From Synergistaceae bacterium (GTDB taxonomy: Bacteria > Synergistota > Synergistia > Synergistales > Synergistaceae), in assembly GCA_031271065.1 (NCBI GenBank), contig JAISWP010000042.1, positions 1 through 33,536 of the forward strand: 33,536 bases of DNA, read 5' to 3'. The notes under the pieces were generated by a model. That model worked only from the letters and a program-made list of their open reading frames with translations. It was not told the origin of the DNA and did no database searches. Shown one piece after another: positions 8,768 to 17,615 of the stretch (positions are counted from its first letter, which is position 1; the number at the start of each line of letters is the position of its first letter). The translations under genes were made by a program, and so were the position numbers.

Positions 8768-10237
8768 TTATTCCACAGCGTAGTTCGGGGCTTCCTTGGT
8801 TATCACCACGTCGTGAGGATGCCCCTCCTTCATGGAAGCCGGAGTGATCTCGATGAATTTCGCGTTTCTGTGAAGCTGCTCCATGTTAGCGGCGCCTACA
8901 TACCCCATGCCCGAGCGAATGCCGCCGACCATCTGGAACACTATCCCGGAGAGAGAGCCTTTATGCGGGACCAGGCCCTCTATGCCCTCGGGGACGAGTT
9001 TATCCTCGGATGAACCCTCCTGGAAATACCTGTCCTTGCTTCCACCCTTCATGGCGCCCAGAGACCCCATGCCGCGATAGCTCTTGAAAGACCTCCCGTG
9101 ATATATGACCGCCTCTCCGGGGCTCTCCTCGGTACCGGCAAAGAGGGAACCTATCATGACGCTGTCGGCTCCGGCCGCGAGTGCCTTCACTATGTCCCCC
9201 GAATATCTTATTCCGCCGTCGGCGATCAGGGTGCAGCCTCTCTCGTGCACGGCGGGAGCCACTTCCATTATCGCGGCTACCTGGGGGACGCCTATGCCGG
9301 CGATCACCCTGGTGGTGCAGATCGACCCAGGCCCTATGCCCACCTTGACTCCGTCCACACCGGCGTCCATGAGGGCTGCGGCCGCTCCCTTCGTTGCGAT
9401 ATTGCCTCCGATGAGCTGCAGGTCCGGATATTTCCCGCGAACCGCTTTGATCGTAGACAGCACCGATTTCGAGTGTCCGTGGGCCGTGTCGACTATTATC
9501 ACGTCCACGCCGGCCTCCGCCAGCGCGTCGAGCCGGTCCATCGAATCCGCCCCGGTTCCTATCGCCGCCCCGACGCGGAGCCTTCCCTTCGCGTCCTTCG
9601 TGGCGTCCGGAAAATCTTTGGCCTTCTGTATATCCTTTATTGTGATGAGTCCCTTGAGCCGGCCGTCAGAATCCACTATCGGGAGTTTTTCGACTTTCCT
9701 GCTGGCAAGTATGTTCTTCGCGCTGTCGAGGTCCGTTCCTACAGGGGCTGTCACGATGTTTTCCTTCGTCATGACGTTGTCTATGGGCTGCTCGTAGTCG
9801 GTGATGAAACGAAGATCCCTGTTCGTGATGATGCCCACCAGTCTGAGGCTCTTATCGACTATGGGCACCCCCGATATATGGTAGTGGGCCATCAGTTCGA
9901 CCGCGCTCGAAACTTTGTCCTTCGGATACAGGTAAAACGGATCGACTATGACTCCGCTCTCGGATCGTTTTACTTTGTCCGCCTCCTCCACCTGGCGCTC
10001 TATCGTCATGTTGCGGTGAAGTATGCCTATGCCGCCTTCCCTGGCCAGGGCTATAGCCAGTCTGGCCTCTGTAACGGTATCCATAGCGGCGCTGCAGATC
10101 GGGGCGTGCAGCGATATGGCCCTGGTCAGATACGAGGATGTATCCACCTGGGACGGGAGCACCTCGCTGTAACCCGGCACCAGCAGAACGTCGTCGAAGG
10201 TAAAACCCTTGTAATTTTCAAATTTATTATTGTCCAC
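8768..10237 (-). CDS. guaB: IMP dehydrogenase
   Basis: FTFDDVLLVPGYSEV, a CBS pair, the catalytic loop GIGPGSICTTR, and GGIRYSGD. The track ORF starts at TTG 10285. GTG 10235-10237 (MDNNKFENYKGFTFDD...) is preceded by GGAGGAG (10244-10250) with a 6-nt spacer and gives a canonical N-terminus. Overlaps the gltX stop by 11 nt. Confidence 0.93.
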   Translation of the reverse strand: MDNNKFENYKGFTFDDVLLVPGYSEVLPSQVDTSSYLTRAISLHAPICSAAMDTVTEARLAIALAREGGIGILHRNMTIERQVEEADKVKRSESGVIVDPFYLYPKDKVSSAVELMAHYHISGVPIVDKSLRLVGIITNRDLRFITDYEQPIDNVMTKENIVTAPVGTDLDSAKNILASRKVEKLPIVDSDGRLKGLITIKDIQKAKDFPDATKDAKGRLRVGAAIGTGADSMDRLDALAEAGVDVIIVDTAHGHSKSVLSTIKAVRGKYPDLQLIGGNIATKGAAAALMDAGVDGVKVGIGPGSICTTRVIAGIGVPQVAAIMEVAPAVHERGCTLIADGGIRYSGDIVKALAAGADSVMIGSLFAGTEESPGEAVIYHGRSFKSYRGMGSLGAMKGGSKDRYFQEGSSEDKLVPEGIEGLVPHKGSLSGIVFQMVGGIRSGMGYVGAANMEQLHRNAKFIEITPASMKEGHPHDVVITKEAPNYAVE

Positions 10238-11630
10238 GGTTATCTCCTCCAGGCATCGCAGCGCGCCCATTTCTGTATTCGTCAAGGCGTTTTAATGTAT
10301 CGGTCCGTCCGATACATGACAGTATAAGGCTTATCGGCGCTCCGCGCGACATACCGGTCAAAAAAATTCTGAGCGGATGGAAAAAATCAGCGCCTTTCAA
10401 GCCTTTTTCTTTTTGAAATGATTTCATAATATTTTTGATGTTTGAGGAATCCCATTCGATATCCGGAATCAAGGTGAACCGCTCTTTTAAATCTTCAATC
10501 CATTCCGGGGCATCGGCCGTTTCACTGCCCGAAAGAGAGAGATTTGCCCTGATCTGAAAAGCCAGCTCCCTTTTTGTCGCGCATTCCGGCAGGACTTCCC
10601 GCAGAAAGGCGATTTTTTCGCTTTTCGCGACTCCGGAAGATCCGAACTCCGAAAACCCGTCACTGCAATAAGCGAGCAGAGTTTCGTCCGCAAGGCCGGA
10701 CAAAAACAGCCGGCCGAAATGCCTCATTCTGGCCTCGTCATGGACCGGGGCGAAGCGAGCCACGGAATTCAGGTCGAACATTCCGGCCAGCTCGCTCAAA
10801 GGAGCGATCCTGTCCGTCGGCGCCTGCGCCCAGCTCAGCGTCGCCAGATAAGAGACAACCGCTTCGGGCGCCCATCCCGATTCCCTGTACTCATCGATTG
10901 AGACCGCGCCGAGACGCTTGCTCAGCTTACGGCGCTCCCTGTCCAGTATCATCGGGATGTGAGCCCATTTCGGCGGAGACCACCCCATCGCCCTGTATAT
11001 CATCTCCTGTTTGGGGACGTTCGGCATGTGCTCCTCGCCCCTGATGACGTGCGTGACGCCCGAATCGTGATCGTCCGCGGCGCAGGCCAGAAGATATGTC
11101 GCCGAACCGTCTCCCCGGGCTACCGCGAAATCCTCCGCGGCACATCCGGGAACTGATATCTTTCCCCGCAGTATGTCGAAATAGGTATAATTCGGGGATG
11201 CCGGGACTTCGAACCTCCAGCAGTGAGGGTCTTTTCGCGAAATTCTGGACTTACGCTCCCCGGGGTTCATGCTTCTGCAGCTGTGTCCGCCCTTACTGAA
11301 CTCCTCAGAGCTCGAGCAGAAACAGGGATAAACCGCGCCGCGCTCTATGAGGAAGTTCAGCACCTCTTTGTGTCGTTCCGAGCGGGAGGACTGCCTGGGA
11401 GACAGAACGTCCGGCACGATCCCCAGCCACTTCAGATCTTCCAATATGCTTTTTTCGTACAGTATGTCGGAACGAGATCTGTCGGTGTCCTCAAAACGGA
11501 GCATGAAAGAACCCTGTTCTCTCCGCGCCCACAGATAGTTGAAAAGCGCCGTGTGAGCCCCCCCTATGTGAAGGGAGCCGGTCGGCGACGGAGCAAACCT
11601 GGTTACGACCCTGCCGTCACTTTCCGCCAA
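10227..11630 (-). CDS. gltX: glutamate--tRNA ligase
   Basis: RFAPSPTGSLHIGGAHTALFNY (HIGH motif) and KLSKR (KMSKS motif). 467 aa. TTG start with GGGAGAG 9 nt upstream. Confidence 0.92.
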   Translation of the reverse strand: MAESDGRVVTRFAPSPTGSLHIGGAHTALFNYLWARREQGSFMLRFEDTDRSRSDILYEKSILEDLKWLGIVPDVLSPRQSSRSERHKEVLNFLIERGAVYPCFCSSSEEFSKGGHSCRSMNPGERKSRISRKDPHCWRFEVPASPNYTYFDILRGKISVPGCAAEDFAVARGDGSATYLLACAADDHDSGVTHVIRGEEHMPNVPKQEMIYRAMGWSPPKWAHIPMILDRERRKLSKRLGAVSIDEYRESGWAPEAVVSYLATLSWAQAPTDRIAPLSELAGMFDLNSVARFAPVHDEARMRHFGRLFLSGLADETLLAYCSDGFSEFGSSGVAKSEKIAFLREVLPECATKRELAFQIRANLSLSGSETADAPEWIEDLKERFTLIPDIEWDSSNIKNIMKSFQKEKGLKGADFFHPLRIFLTGMSRGAPISLILSCIGRTDTLKRLDEYRNGRAAMPGGDNRGQ

Positions 11631-12360
11631 CGCCGTCCACTCTCCCGATTACCTCTATCCTGGCCGGCGCGACGCCCTTATTTTTGATCCCCAGAAGATC
11701 GGCCGCGGCATGTGATATGTCCAGCACTCTGTTTTTCGTCTCCCTGAAACGGTCGGTCACCCTTACCACCGCGAATTTGCCGGAAGGCGCCGTCACCTTG
11801 ACGAGCGTCCCGAAGGGCAGGGATTTCGCCGCGGCCGTCAGATGAGTTTCCGTGAAGCGTTCTCCGTTCGCGAACTTCCTGCCTACAAATTTTCCGCCGT
11901 ACCATGATACCGAAGCGGATAAGTCATATCTGCCCCTTATCTGATATGCCGGTGTGAGATCCGCCGCGTGCCGCTCACCGAGAGCTCCGTAAAGACGGGA
12001 CATTATCTGTAAAGCTATGCTTTTCTGATCCTGCTTCGTAGATCTGGCGTATTCAGGATCCACCGAATAAATCGGGGTTTTGCCTATAAAGAGCGTCCAT
12101 CTGCCGTTTGCCTTGTCCACACGCAGATCTTTCAGCTGGAATCCAATTTTGTATAACCTGTTGAACATTTCCGACAGCTTGGACACGTCCTTCGCGTTTG
12201 CCGCAGGAAATTTCCAGACCGGTTTTCCCTCCGCATACCACACGACATAATTTCCATCCCCTGTGTAATAGGACGAAGGCGCCGCATACAGCTCCGGCGC
12301 GTAAAAGAAGATGACTGCCAGCACACATGCGGCGGCGTATTTTTTAATGACACTGATCAT
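11617..12360 (-). CDS. exported RlpA-family (double-psi beta-barrel) lytic transglycosylase-like protein
   Basis: C-terminal DPBB signature: SWYGGKFVGRKFANGERFTETHLTAAAKSLPFGTLVKVT...AVVRVTDR. N-terminal signal peptide MISVIKKYAAACVLAVIFFYAPELYA. Start chosen at ATG 12358-12360, with AGGAAG 8 nt upstream; the track starts at 12396. Confidence 0.8.
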   Translation of the reverse strand: MISVIKKYAAACVLAVIFFYAPELYAAPSSYYTGDGNYVVWYAEGKPVWKFPAANAKDVSKLSEMFNRLYKIGFQLKDLRVDKANGRWTLFIGKTPIYSVDPEYARSTKQDQKSIALQIMSRLYGALGERHAADLTPAYQIRGRYDLSASVSWYGGKFVGRKFANGERFTETHLTAAAKSLPFGTLVKVTAPSGKFAVVRVTDRFRETKNRVLDISHAAADLLGIKNKGVAPARIEVIGRVDGVGGK

Positions 12361-12403
12361 TAGCAGAACTTCCTTTCCGACAAACAGACGGAGCATCCGG
12401 AAT

Positions 12404-13558
12404 TCAAATATTATAACGTTCGATGAGCGCCGACGCGAAACACTCCATACACTCAGCCCTTCCGGTACTCCCCACTTTTTCGCCCGATTTTACCTTCACC
12501 CCCAGTTCTGCGTATGGGCAGACGGCCGTGAGCAATGTTTTCAGATTTTCCGAAACTCTTTTCATTCCGCCGCCCAATCTGGGCGTCTGGGCGACCAAAG
12601 CGGCGTCCACGTTGCAGACGCTCCAGCCCTTCGATGAAATGAGTTTAAGCACACGGGTCAGAAGCTCAGTGCTGTCGGCCCCTCTGTACCGCTCGTCGGA
12701 GGCGGGGAACATCGCGCCTATATCCCCTTCGCCGGCAGCCCCGAGGAGGGCGTCCGAAACCGCGTGACAGACCACATCTGCGTCGGAATGACCCAGAAGT
12801 CCCAGAGGCGAGTCGAAGGCCACTCCCCCAAGCACCAGCCTCCTGCCAGGCACGAGTTCGTGCCGGTCGTATCCTATCCCCACCCTGGATACCCTGGAGT
12901 TTCCGACCAAAGATACCGCGGCTGTCCAGTCGAAATCCGTAGTTATCTTGAAATTTTTCTGGCTGCCCCGCACCCAGGACAGTTTTTTCTCCGCGTCCAG
13001 CCACAGAGATGCTTCGTCCGTGGATTCCCCGGAGGATTCGAGGAGCGCCAGGATGGAGGCGCGTTCGAAGGCTTGGGGAGTCTGTGTTCGAAATATCTTC
13101 TCCCTGGGCAGGACAGTCATATCTCCGTCCACCAGCTTCAGCGAGTCCGTCGACTCAAGGAGCGGAACGGCGCCGGCGTCCCCGGTAACAGCGGAGGCCA
13201 GGGCTTCGCACATTTCGACAGGCAGAAAGGGCCGCGCCGCGTCGTGTATCATGACGAAGCGGCCCGACGCCGATGATACTCCGTTTCGCACGGACTCCGT
13301 CCTCGTTCTTCCGCCGAGCGCATATTTCACCGGCACCGACAGATCTTTGCACGAATGACCGGGCTCGTGACCTTCCGGAAATACCAGTACCAGTTCGTCT
13401 ATTATTCCGCGCCTGAAAAGCTCGTCCGCGGCTTTGGCGCTCCAGCGCCATACGTCCTCTCCGCCCAGTTTCCGGAACTGTTTCGGCGTGCCCCCCAAGC
13501 GTCTGCCGCCTCCGGCCGCGGCCAGCACAAAGGACCATGTCCGATCCTCAGGCTTCAT
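12404..13558 (-). CDS. ispDF: bifunctional IspD/IspF (MEP cytidylyltransferase / MEcPP synthase)
   Basis: IspD N-terminus FVLAAAGGGRRLGG...IHDAARPF. IspF C-terminus IGIGYDRHELV...GHSDADVVCHA. No stop codon between the two halves. Start ATG 13556-13558 forms an ATGA overlap with the yacL stop. The 105-codon upstream extension in the track is Arg/Asp-rich and overlaps yacL. Confidence 0.9.
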   Translation of the reverse strand: MKPEDRTWSFVLAAAGGGRRLGGTPKQFRKLGGEDVWRWSAKAADELFRRGIIDELVLVFPEGHEPGHSCKDLSVPVKYALGGRTRTESVRNGVSSASGRFVMIHDAARPFLPVEMCEALASAVTGDAGAVPLLESTDSLKLVDGDMTVLPREKIFRTQTPQAFERASILALLESSGESTDEASLWLDAEKKLSWVRGSQKNFKITTDFDWTAAVSLVGNSRVSRVGIGYDRHELVPGRRLVLGGVAFDSPLGLLGHSDADVVCHAVSDALLGAAGEGDIGAMFPASDERYRGADSTELLTRVLKLISSKGWSVCNVDAALVAQTPRLGGGMKRVSENLKTLLTAVCPYAELGVKVKSGEKVGSTGRAECMECFASALIERYNI

Positions 13559-14718
13559 CGCTTCAGTTTCCCGAACACCATTCTTCCGGCGGATGTCTGG
13601 AGCATCGACGTTATGACTATGTCGGACGTCGTCCCGATGGCGCTTTCTCCATCTTCCACAACCAGCATCGTGCCGTCCTCGAGATACCCTATCCCCTGTC
13701 CCGTCTCTTTCCCGTGTCTTATCACGTCTATCCTCACTATGTCTCCCGGAAGAAACTGGGGCTTCAGCGAGTTGGCCAGGTCGTTCACGTTGAGCACCAT
13801 CACGCCCTCGATGCGAGCGATCTGATTGAGGTTGTAGTCGGTGGTCAGAATTTTCGCCTCGAGTTTTTTGCACAGCTCCACCAAGGCTTCGTCAACTTTA
13901 TCGCGTTTCAGCTCCTTCATGCTGATGTCGACTATGCTCACAGTCATGGTCTTTATCTTCTGCAGTTCCGCCACGACATTGAGCCCCTTGCGTCCGCGGG
14001 CGCGGCGGGCCGGATCGGATGAGTCGGCAACCCCCTGAAGCTCGGTGAGGACGAAACGCGGAAGGACAAGCACCCCTTCCAGAAATCCGGTGCTGGCGAT
14101 GTCCAGTATGCGGCCGTCTATGAGCGCGCTGGTATCGAGGACCTTTCTGCCCGCCTCATGCCGCTCGCAGGACGCGGCGTCCCCCTCGGCGGAAAGAAGC
14201 CCCGCATCGGCCCCGGCTTTGCGCCTGTGGGTGATGCGGCTCCCCCGGCCGACCAAATTGAGGATAAACCCCCATACGTCGTCCCTGTGTTTTAAGAAAG
14301 CTCTCATTCCGACGAAGGCGAAAAATATATTGAGGGCTATCGTTATGTAAAAGCCCACTCCCGGGATGTTGATGAACACGAACGGTATCGCCAGCAGATT
14401 AGCGAGTATCAGGCTCACTATGAGCCCGACTACCGCCACCACGATATCAGGAGCGCTGACGTTTTGAAGCGTATTTTCAAACAGCTGACCCGTCTTCTTG
14501 AGTATCCACCATATCATCGGAGTTACCATGAAGCCGCAGAGAGCGAAAAACACAATGCAAAAAGCCATCCATATGTTTGGGTGCGTGAGGCCAGCCGTCC
14601 AGCCCGGCTGGAGTTCCAGCACGAATTGGGCTATCTGATACCCTGCGATTCCGAAGACGATGATCATGAGAAATCTCAGAACCATCTTCATTATGCCGTT
14701 TATTCCGCTTTCAGCCAC
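13555..14718 (-). CDS. yacL: membrane-anchored PIN/TRAM-domain protein (YacL family)
   Basis: Hydrophobic N-terminal segments, then VLDTSALIDGRILDIASTGFLEGVLVLPRFVLTELQGVADSSD (PIN) and GIGYLEDGTMLVVEDG...VITSMLQTSAGRMVFGK (TRAM). Very close to B. subtilis YacL as I recall it. GTG start with GGGGAG 6 nt upstream. Lies upstream of ispD/F as in Bacillus. Confidence 0.88.
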   Translation of the reverse strand: MAESGINGIMKMVLRFLMIIVFGIAGYQIAQFVLELQPGWTAGLTHPNIWMAFCIVFFALCGFMVTPMIWWILKKTGQLFENTLQNVSAPDIVVAVVGLIVSLILANLLAIPFVFINIPGVGFYITIALNIFFAFVGMRAFLKHRDDVWGFILNLVGRGSRITHRRKAGADAGLLSAEGDAASCERHEAGRKVLDTSALIDGRILDIASTGFLEGVLVLPRFVLTELQGVADSSDPARRARGRKGLNVVAELQKIKTMTVSIVDISMKELKRDKVDEALVELCKKLEAKILTTDYNLNQIARIEGVMVLNVNDLANSLKPQFLPGDIVRIDVIRHGKETGQGIGYLEDGTMLVVEDGESAIGTTSDIVITSMLQTSAGRMVFGKLKR

Positions 14719-14765
14719 TCGAATCTCCCCTCTTCATGTTATTGATATACTTTTTACGCCCTCGT

Positions 14766-15377
14766 TCATTCTTCCTCCTTTTCCATTTCTCTCCTGCTTT
14801 CAAGGGCTACGTGCAGAGTCGCCCTGTCGGCGTAACCTATGCTTCCGCCGACGGGGAGACCGTAGGAGAGACGTGATAGCCTGACTCCCGTACCGCTCAA
14901 GGCATCCTGGAGGGTAAAAGCCGTCAGATCGCCCTCCACCCGCGGGTCCAGCGCGAGTATTATCTCCGTAATACAGAGCTCGCGTATACGCCGTTTCAAC
15001 TGTTCCAGGCTTTCCTCCGGTATTTCCTCGTCGTCCAAAGGAGAGCATCTGCCGCCGAGTATATGGTAAAGCCCCCTGTAAACGCCGGACTGCTCCATAG
15101 CCACGCAGTCCTCCTGTGTTTCCACCACACAGATGGTTTTTCTGTCCCTGGCCGGATCGGAGCAGACGGAACATATATCTTCAGTGGTGACAGCACCGCA
15201 CTCACTGCAGGACCGCACCTGATCCATCACGTCGTTTACTGCGCGGGCGAGCGACCTGGCCCATTCGGGGTTCTGGCTCAGCAGGAAAAAAACCATCCTG
15301 CGGGCGGTTTTATTCCCCACCCCCGGAAACTTTCCCCAGAGATTTATGAGCAGTTCGAGCGGGCCCGGAAGAGACAA
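14766..15377 (-). CDS. recR: recombination protein RecR
   Basis: FPGVGNKTARRMVFFLL (HhH), the zinc finger CSECGAVTTEDICSVCSD, and Toprim ICVVETQEDCVAMEQSGVYRGLYHILGG. TTG start directly after the ybaB stop. Confidence 0.93.
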   Translation of the reverse strand: MSLPGPLELLINLWGKFPGVGNKTARRMVFFLLSQNPEWARSLARAVNDVMDQVRSCSECGAVTTEDICSVCSDPARDRKTICVVETQEDCVAMEQSGVYRGLYHILGGRCSPLDDEEIPEESLEQLKRRIRELCITEIILALDPRVEGDLTAFTLQDALSGTGVRLSRLSYGLPVGGSIGYADRATLHVALESRREMEKEEE

Positions 15378-15686
15378 TCAGAACAACCCCGGTATATTCA
15401 TGCCCCCGGTAAAGTGTCCCAGCCTGCTTTCAGCCAATTCACGAGCCTTGCGTACGGACTCCTTCACCGCCGACAGAACCAGGTCCTCGAGCATTTCCAC
15501 ATCGTTCGGATCGACCACATCCTTCGATATCGTTATTGAAACGACGTCGCCGTGACCGTTGGCGCGAGCCACAACCATGCCTCCGCCGCTGGCCCCTTCC
15601 ACCGTTTCGCCGGCGAGCGCCTCCTGAGCCAGAGTCATCTGCGCCTGCATCTTCTGCACCTGTTTCAGCATCTTGTCCATCTTCAT
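15378..15686 (-). CDS. ybaB: YbaB/EbfC nucleoid-associated protein
   Basis: MKMDKMLKQVQKMQAQM...VEGASGGGMVVARANGHGDVVSITI is typical of the family. Four in-frame ATGs exist (15713, 15695, 15686, 15680). ATG 15686 has GGGAG 9 nt upstream. Confidence 0.85.
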   Translation of the reverse strand: MKMDKMLKQVQKMQAQMTLAQEALAGETVEGASGGGMVVARANGHGDVVSITISKDVVDPNDVEMLEDLVLSAVKESVRKARELAESRLGHFTGGMNIPGLF

Positions 15687-15744
15687 CCCTGTCATCTCCC
15701 AGGCTTGTAACATTGCAACAGTATAACCCCGCTGGTTTAAATGT

Positions 15745-17508
15745 TCACACAGGGTTTCTCCAAAAATCCAGGCCTATTTTTTTAAGCAGGACGAAAACCA
15801 CAAAGAGCGGCAGTTTTATCACCCTCCGCCAGCGAGCCGGTTCCTGTATCGTCCTGTACAGCCACTCCAGATGGAGTTTTCTCCATCCCTGCGGGGCCCG
15901 GTTAAGTCTGCCCGACATAACGTCAAAACTGCCGCCCACCCCTATGCCGACCACCCCGCCCAGCTTTGGAAGGCTGCCGGACAGCCAGTACTCCTGCCGG
16001 GGCACTCCCAGGGCGACGAGCAGTATGACAGCCCCTGATTCACGTATCTCTTTGCAGATATCGTCGCTTTCCTCAGGTTTGAAATATCCGCTCCTCGTCC
16101 CTCTGACCAAAAGCCCGGGATATTTCGCGCACGCGTTCTCTGCGGCTTTCGCGGCCACCCCCGGACGTCCTCCGAAAAAGTAAAAGGACCACCCATGCCC
16201 GGAAGCTATCCTGAACAGGTTTTCCACGAAATCCACGCCAGGTATCTGCTCCTGCACGCGGAAGCCGAGGAACCGAAGCGCCCATACGAGCCCCGTTCCG
16301 TCCGGAATTACCAGTCCGGCGCTCCTCACTATCGAGGAATATTTCCGGTCTTTCCTGCTTCGCAGGGCAGCCAGGGCATCCGGCGTCACGATCATCTGGG
16401 GCAGGCTTCCGGAGGATATCCATCCCGCTGCGCGCCCCAGGGCGTAGTCCAGAGAGAAATTGTCGACAGCGACTCCCCAGAGTTCGGGCCGTTTTTCCGA
16501 AACATCGCCGCCCCCTTTCGCCCCCGCAAAGGCCACGTAAAGCCCGAGACCGAAGAAAACGACAGACAGAGCCAGGGATACCGGATCCAGGAGTCTCATC
16601 TGGAGAACCGCCATTCCGACCCCGCAGACTCCGCAGACGGCGGTGACAATGAATACCGCCGCCGGATGATCTATACCTCCCCGTACGAGTTTTCTGTAAA
16701 AAATCATGTTCCCGAGAGGCTTGGGAGAGAATGCGGCGGACAGCACGCTGAACGACGTTTCTATTATGGGTATCGCAAAGAGTCCGAGGGGCAGGATCAT
16801 CACGGTGGCGAAGGCCACGCCCTTGCTCGCGCCCAGCATCGACGTTCCGGCGAGAAGGGTGCCCCACATCGCTGACAGCGAGGTGCCGAGCCTGCGGTAT
16901 ACATTCACGTGTCTGGTCCAGAACACGGCGATGAGGGCGAGGCCGCATACTGACATCATAAGGGCGTCCGAAGGCCCTCTGCTGGAAATGGCCGTGACTA
17001 TGACCATCAGCACCCAGCTGACCAGTATCAGCCCTCCGCCCATCCCTGGTATTTCGTCCAGTTCCTGGAACAATATCGGAAAAAAGCCCATCCAGAGCGT
17101 ACTCAGTACGAGTATGGTGGTGAAACTGGAAAGATACATGAATTCACCGTCCGGCCTGCCTATGAAAGTTATCCTCGGCCCCAGCAGCGCCGCGCCCAGC
17201 CCTATCGCCAGGTAACAGAACCTGAGGTCCCAGTTTTTCACCACTTTCTGGCAGAAACCGACGAGGCCGGCGATGACTCCTGCCGTTATCATGAGTTTCA
17301 TCGGGCCGCTCTGCGTCCAGATGCCGCATATTGCCCACGAGGCTATGAGGCTGATGTCTCTCAGGTAGTAATACTGATCTCTCTCGAGATCGCGTTTGAA
17401 AAAACGCTGAGTAAAAAAACACCCTATGACTACGAACGTTATGACCATAGCCATCGTCAAAAAGCCCGTATCGGAACCGGCAAGACCCAGCAGCGCCCGG
17501 CGCATCAT
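15745..17508 (-). CDS. fusion protein: polytopic WecA/TagO-like (apparently degenerate) membrane domain + WecG/TagA/CpsF-family (GT26) glycosyltransferase
   Basis: C-terminal residues ~343-575 carry VIPDGTGLVWA, YFFGGRPGV, LVALGVPRQEYW and GGSFDVMSGRLNRAPQGWRKLHLEWLYR (GT26). N-terminal residues ~1-335 are multiple hydrophobic segments with relic PNPT-family motifs (see findings). Confidence 0.8.
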   Translation of the reverse strand: MMRRALLGLAGSDTGFLTMAMVITFVVIGCFFTQRFFKRDLERDQYYYLRDISLIASWAICGIWTQSGPMKLMITAGVIAGLVGFCQKVVKNWDLRFCYLAIGLGAALLGPRITFIGRPDGEFMYLSSFTTILVLSTLWMGFFPILFQELDEIPGMGGGLILVSWVLMVIVTAISSRGPSDALMMSVCGLALIAVFWTRHVNVYRRLGTSLSAMWGTLLAGTSMLGASKGVAFATVMILPLGLFAIPIIETSFSVLSAAFSPKPLGNMIFYRKLVRGGIDHPAAVFIVTAVCGVCGVGMAVLQMRLLDPVSLALSVVFFGLGLYVAFAGAKGGGDVSEKRPELWGVAVDNFSLDYALGRAAGWISSGSLPQMIVTPDALAALRSRKDRKYSSIVRSAGLVIPDGTGLVWALRFLGFRVQEQIPGVDFVENLFRIASGHGWSFYFFGGRPGVAAKAAENACAKYPGLLVRGTRSGYFKPEESDDICKEIRESGAVILLVALGVPRQEYWLSGSLPKLGGVVGIGVGGSFDVMSGRLNRAPQGWRKLHLEWLYRTIQEPARWRRVIKLPLFVVFVLLKKIGLDFWRNPV

Positions 17509-17615
17509 ATATCAGACACTTCGCCCCGGCGCGGCCGGCCGCTTCCCGCAAACCGCGCAGGCGCCATATCCGGTCACCTCGAAGCCGCCATGCCGGCGCC
17601 CGTGATCCGGCTCGG

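Noticed and set aside
9098-10327. 409-aa plus-strand ORF antisense to guaB. Similar long antisense or alternate-frame ORFs exist, e.g. 1685..2374, 2253..3032, 5101..5841, 6738..7628, 16073..16948, 18948..19832, 24066..24854, 25519..26589 and 27941..28732.
   Set aside because: All lie opposite to, or out of frame within, strongly conserved housekeeping genes. Their translations are Arg/Pro/Gly/His-rich with no recognisable motifs. This is the usual stop-codon-poor shadow-ORF artefact of GC-rich DNA.
13559-13873. 105-codon N-terminal extension of the ispDF ORF in the supplied track (12404..13873).
   Set aside because: The extension is Arg/Asp/Gly-rich and low-complexity, and it overlaps the conserved TRAM domain of yacL in another frame. 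The conserved IspD N-terminus begins at the ATG at 13558, which forms an ATGA junction with the yacL stop.
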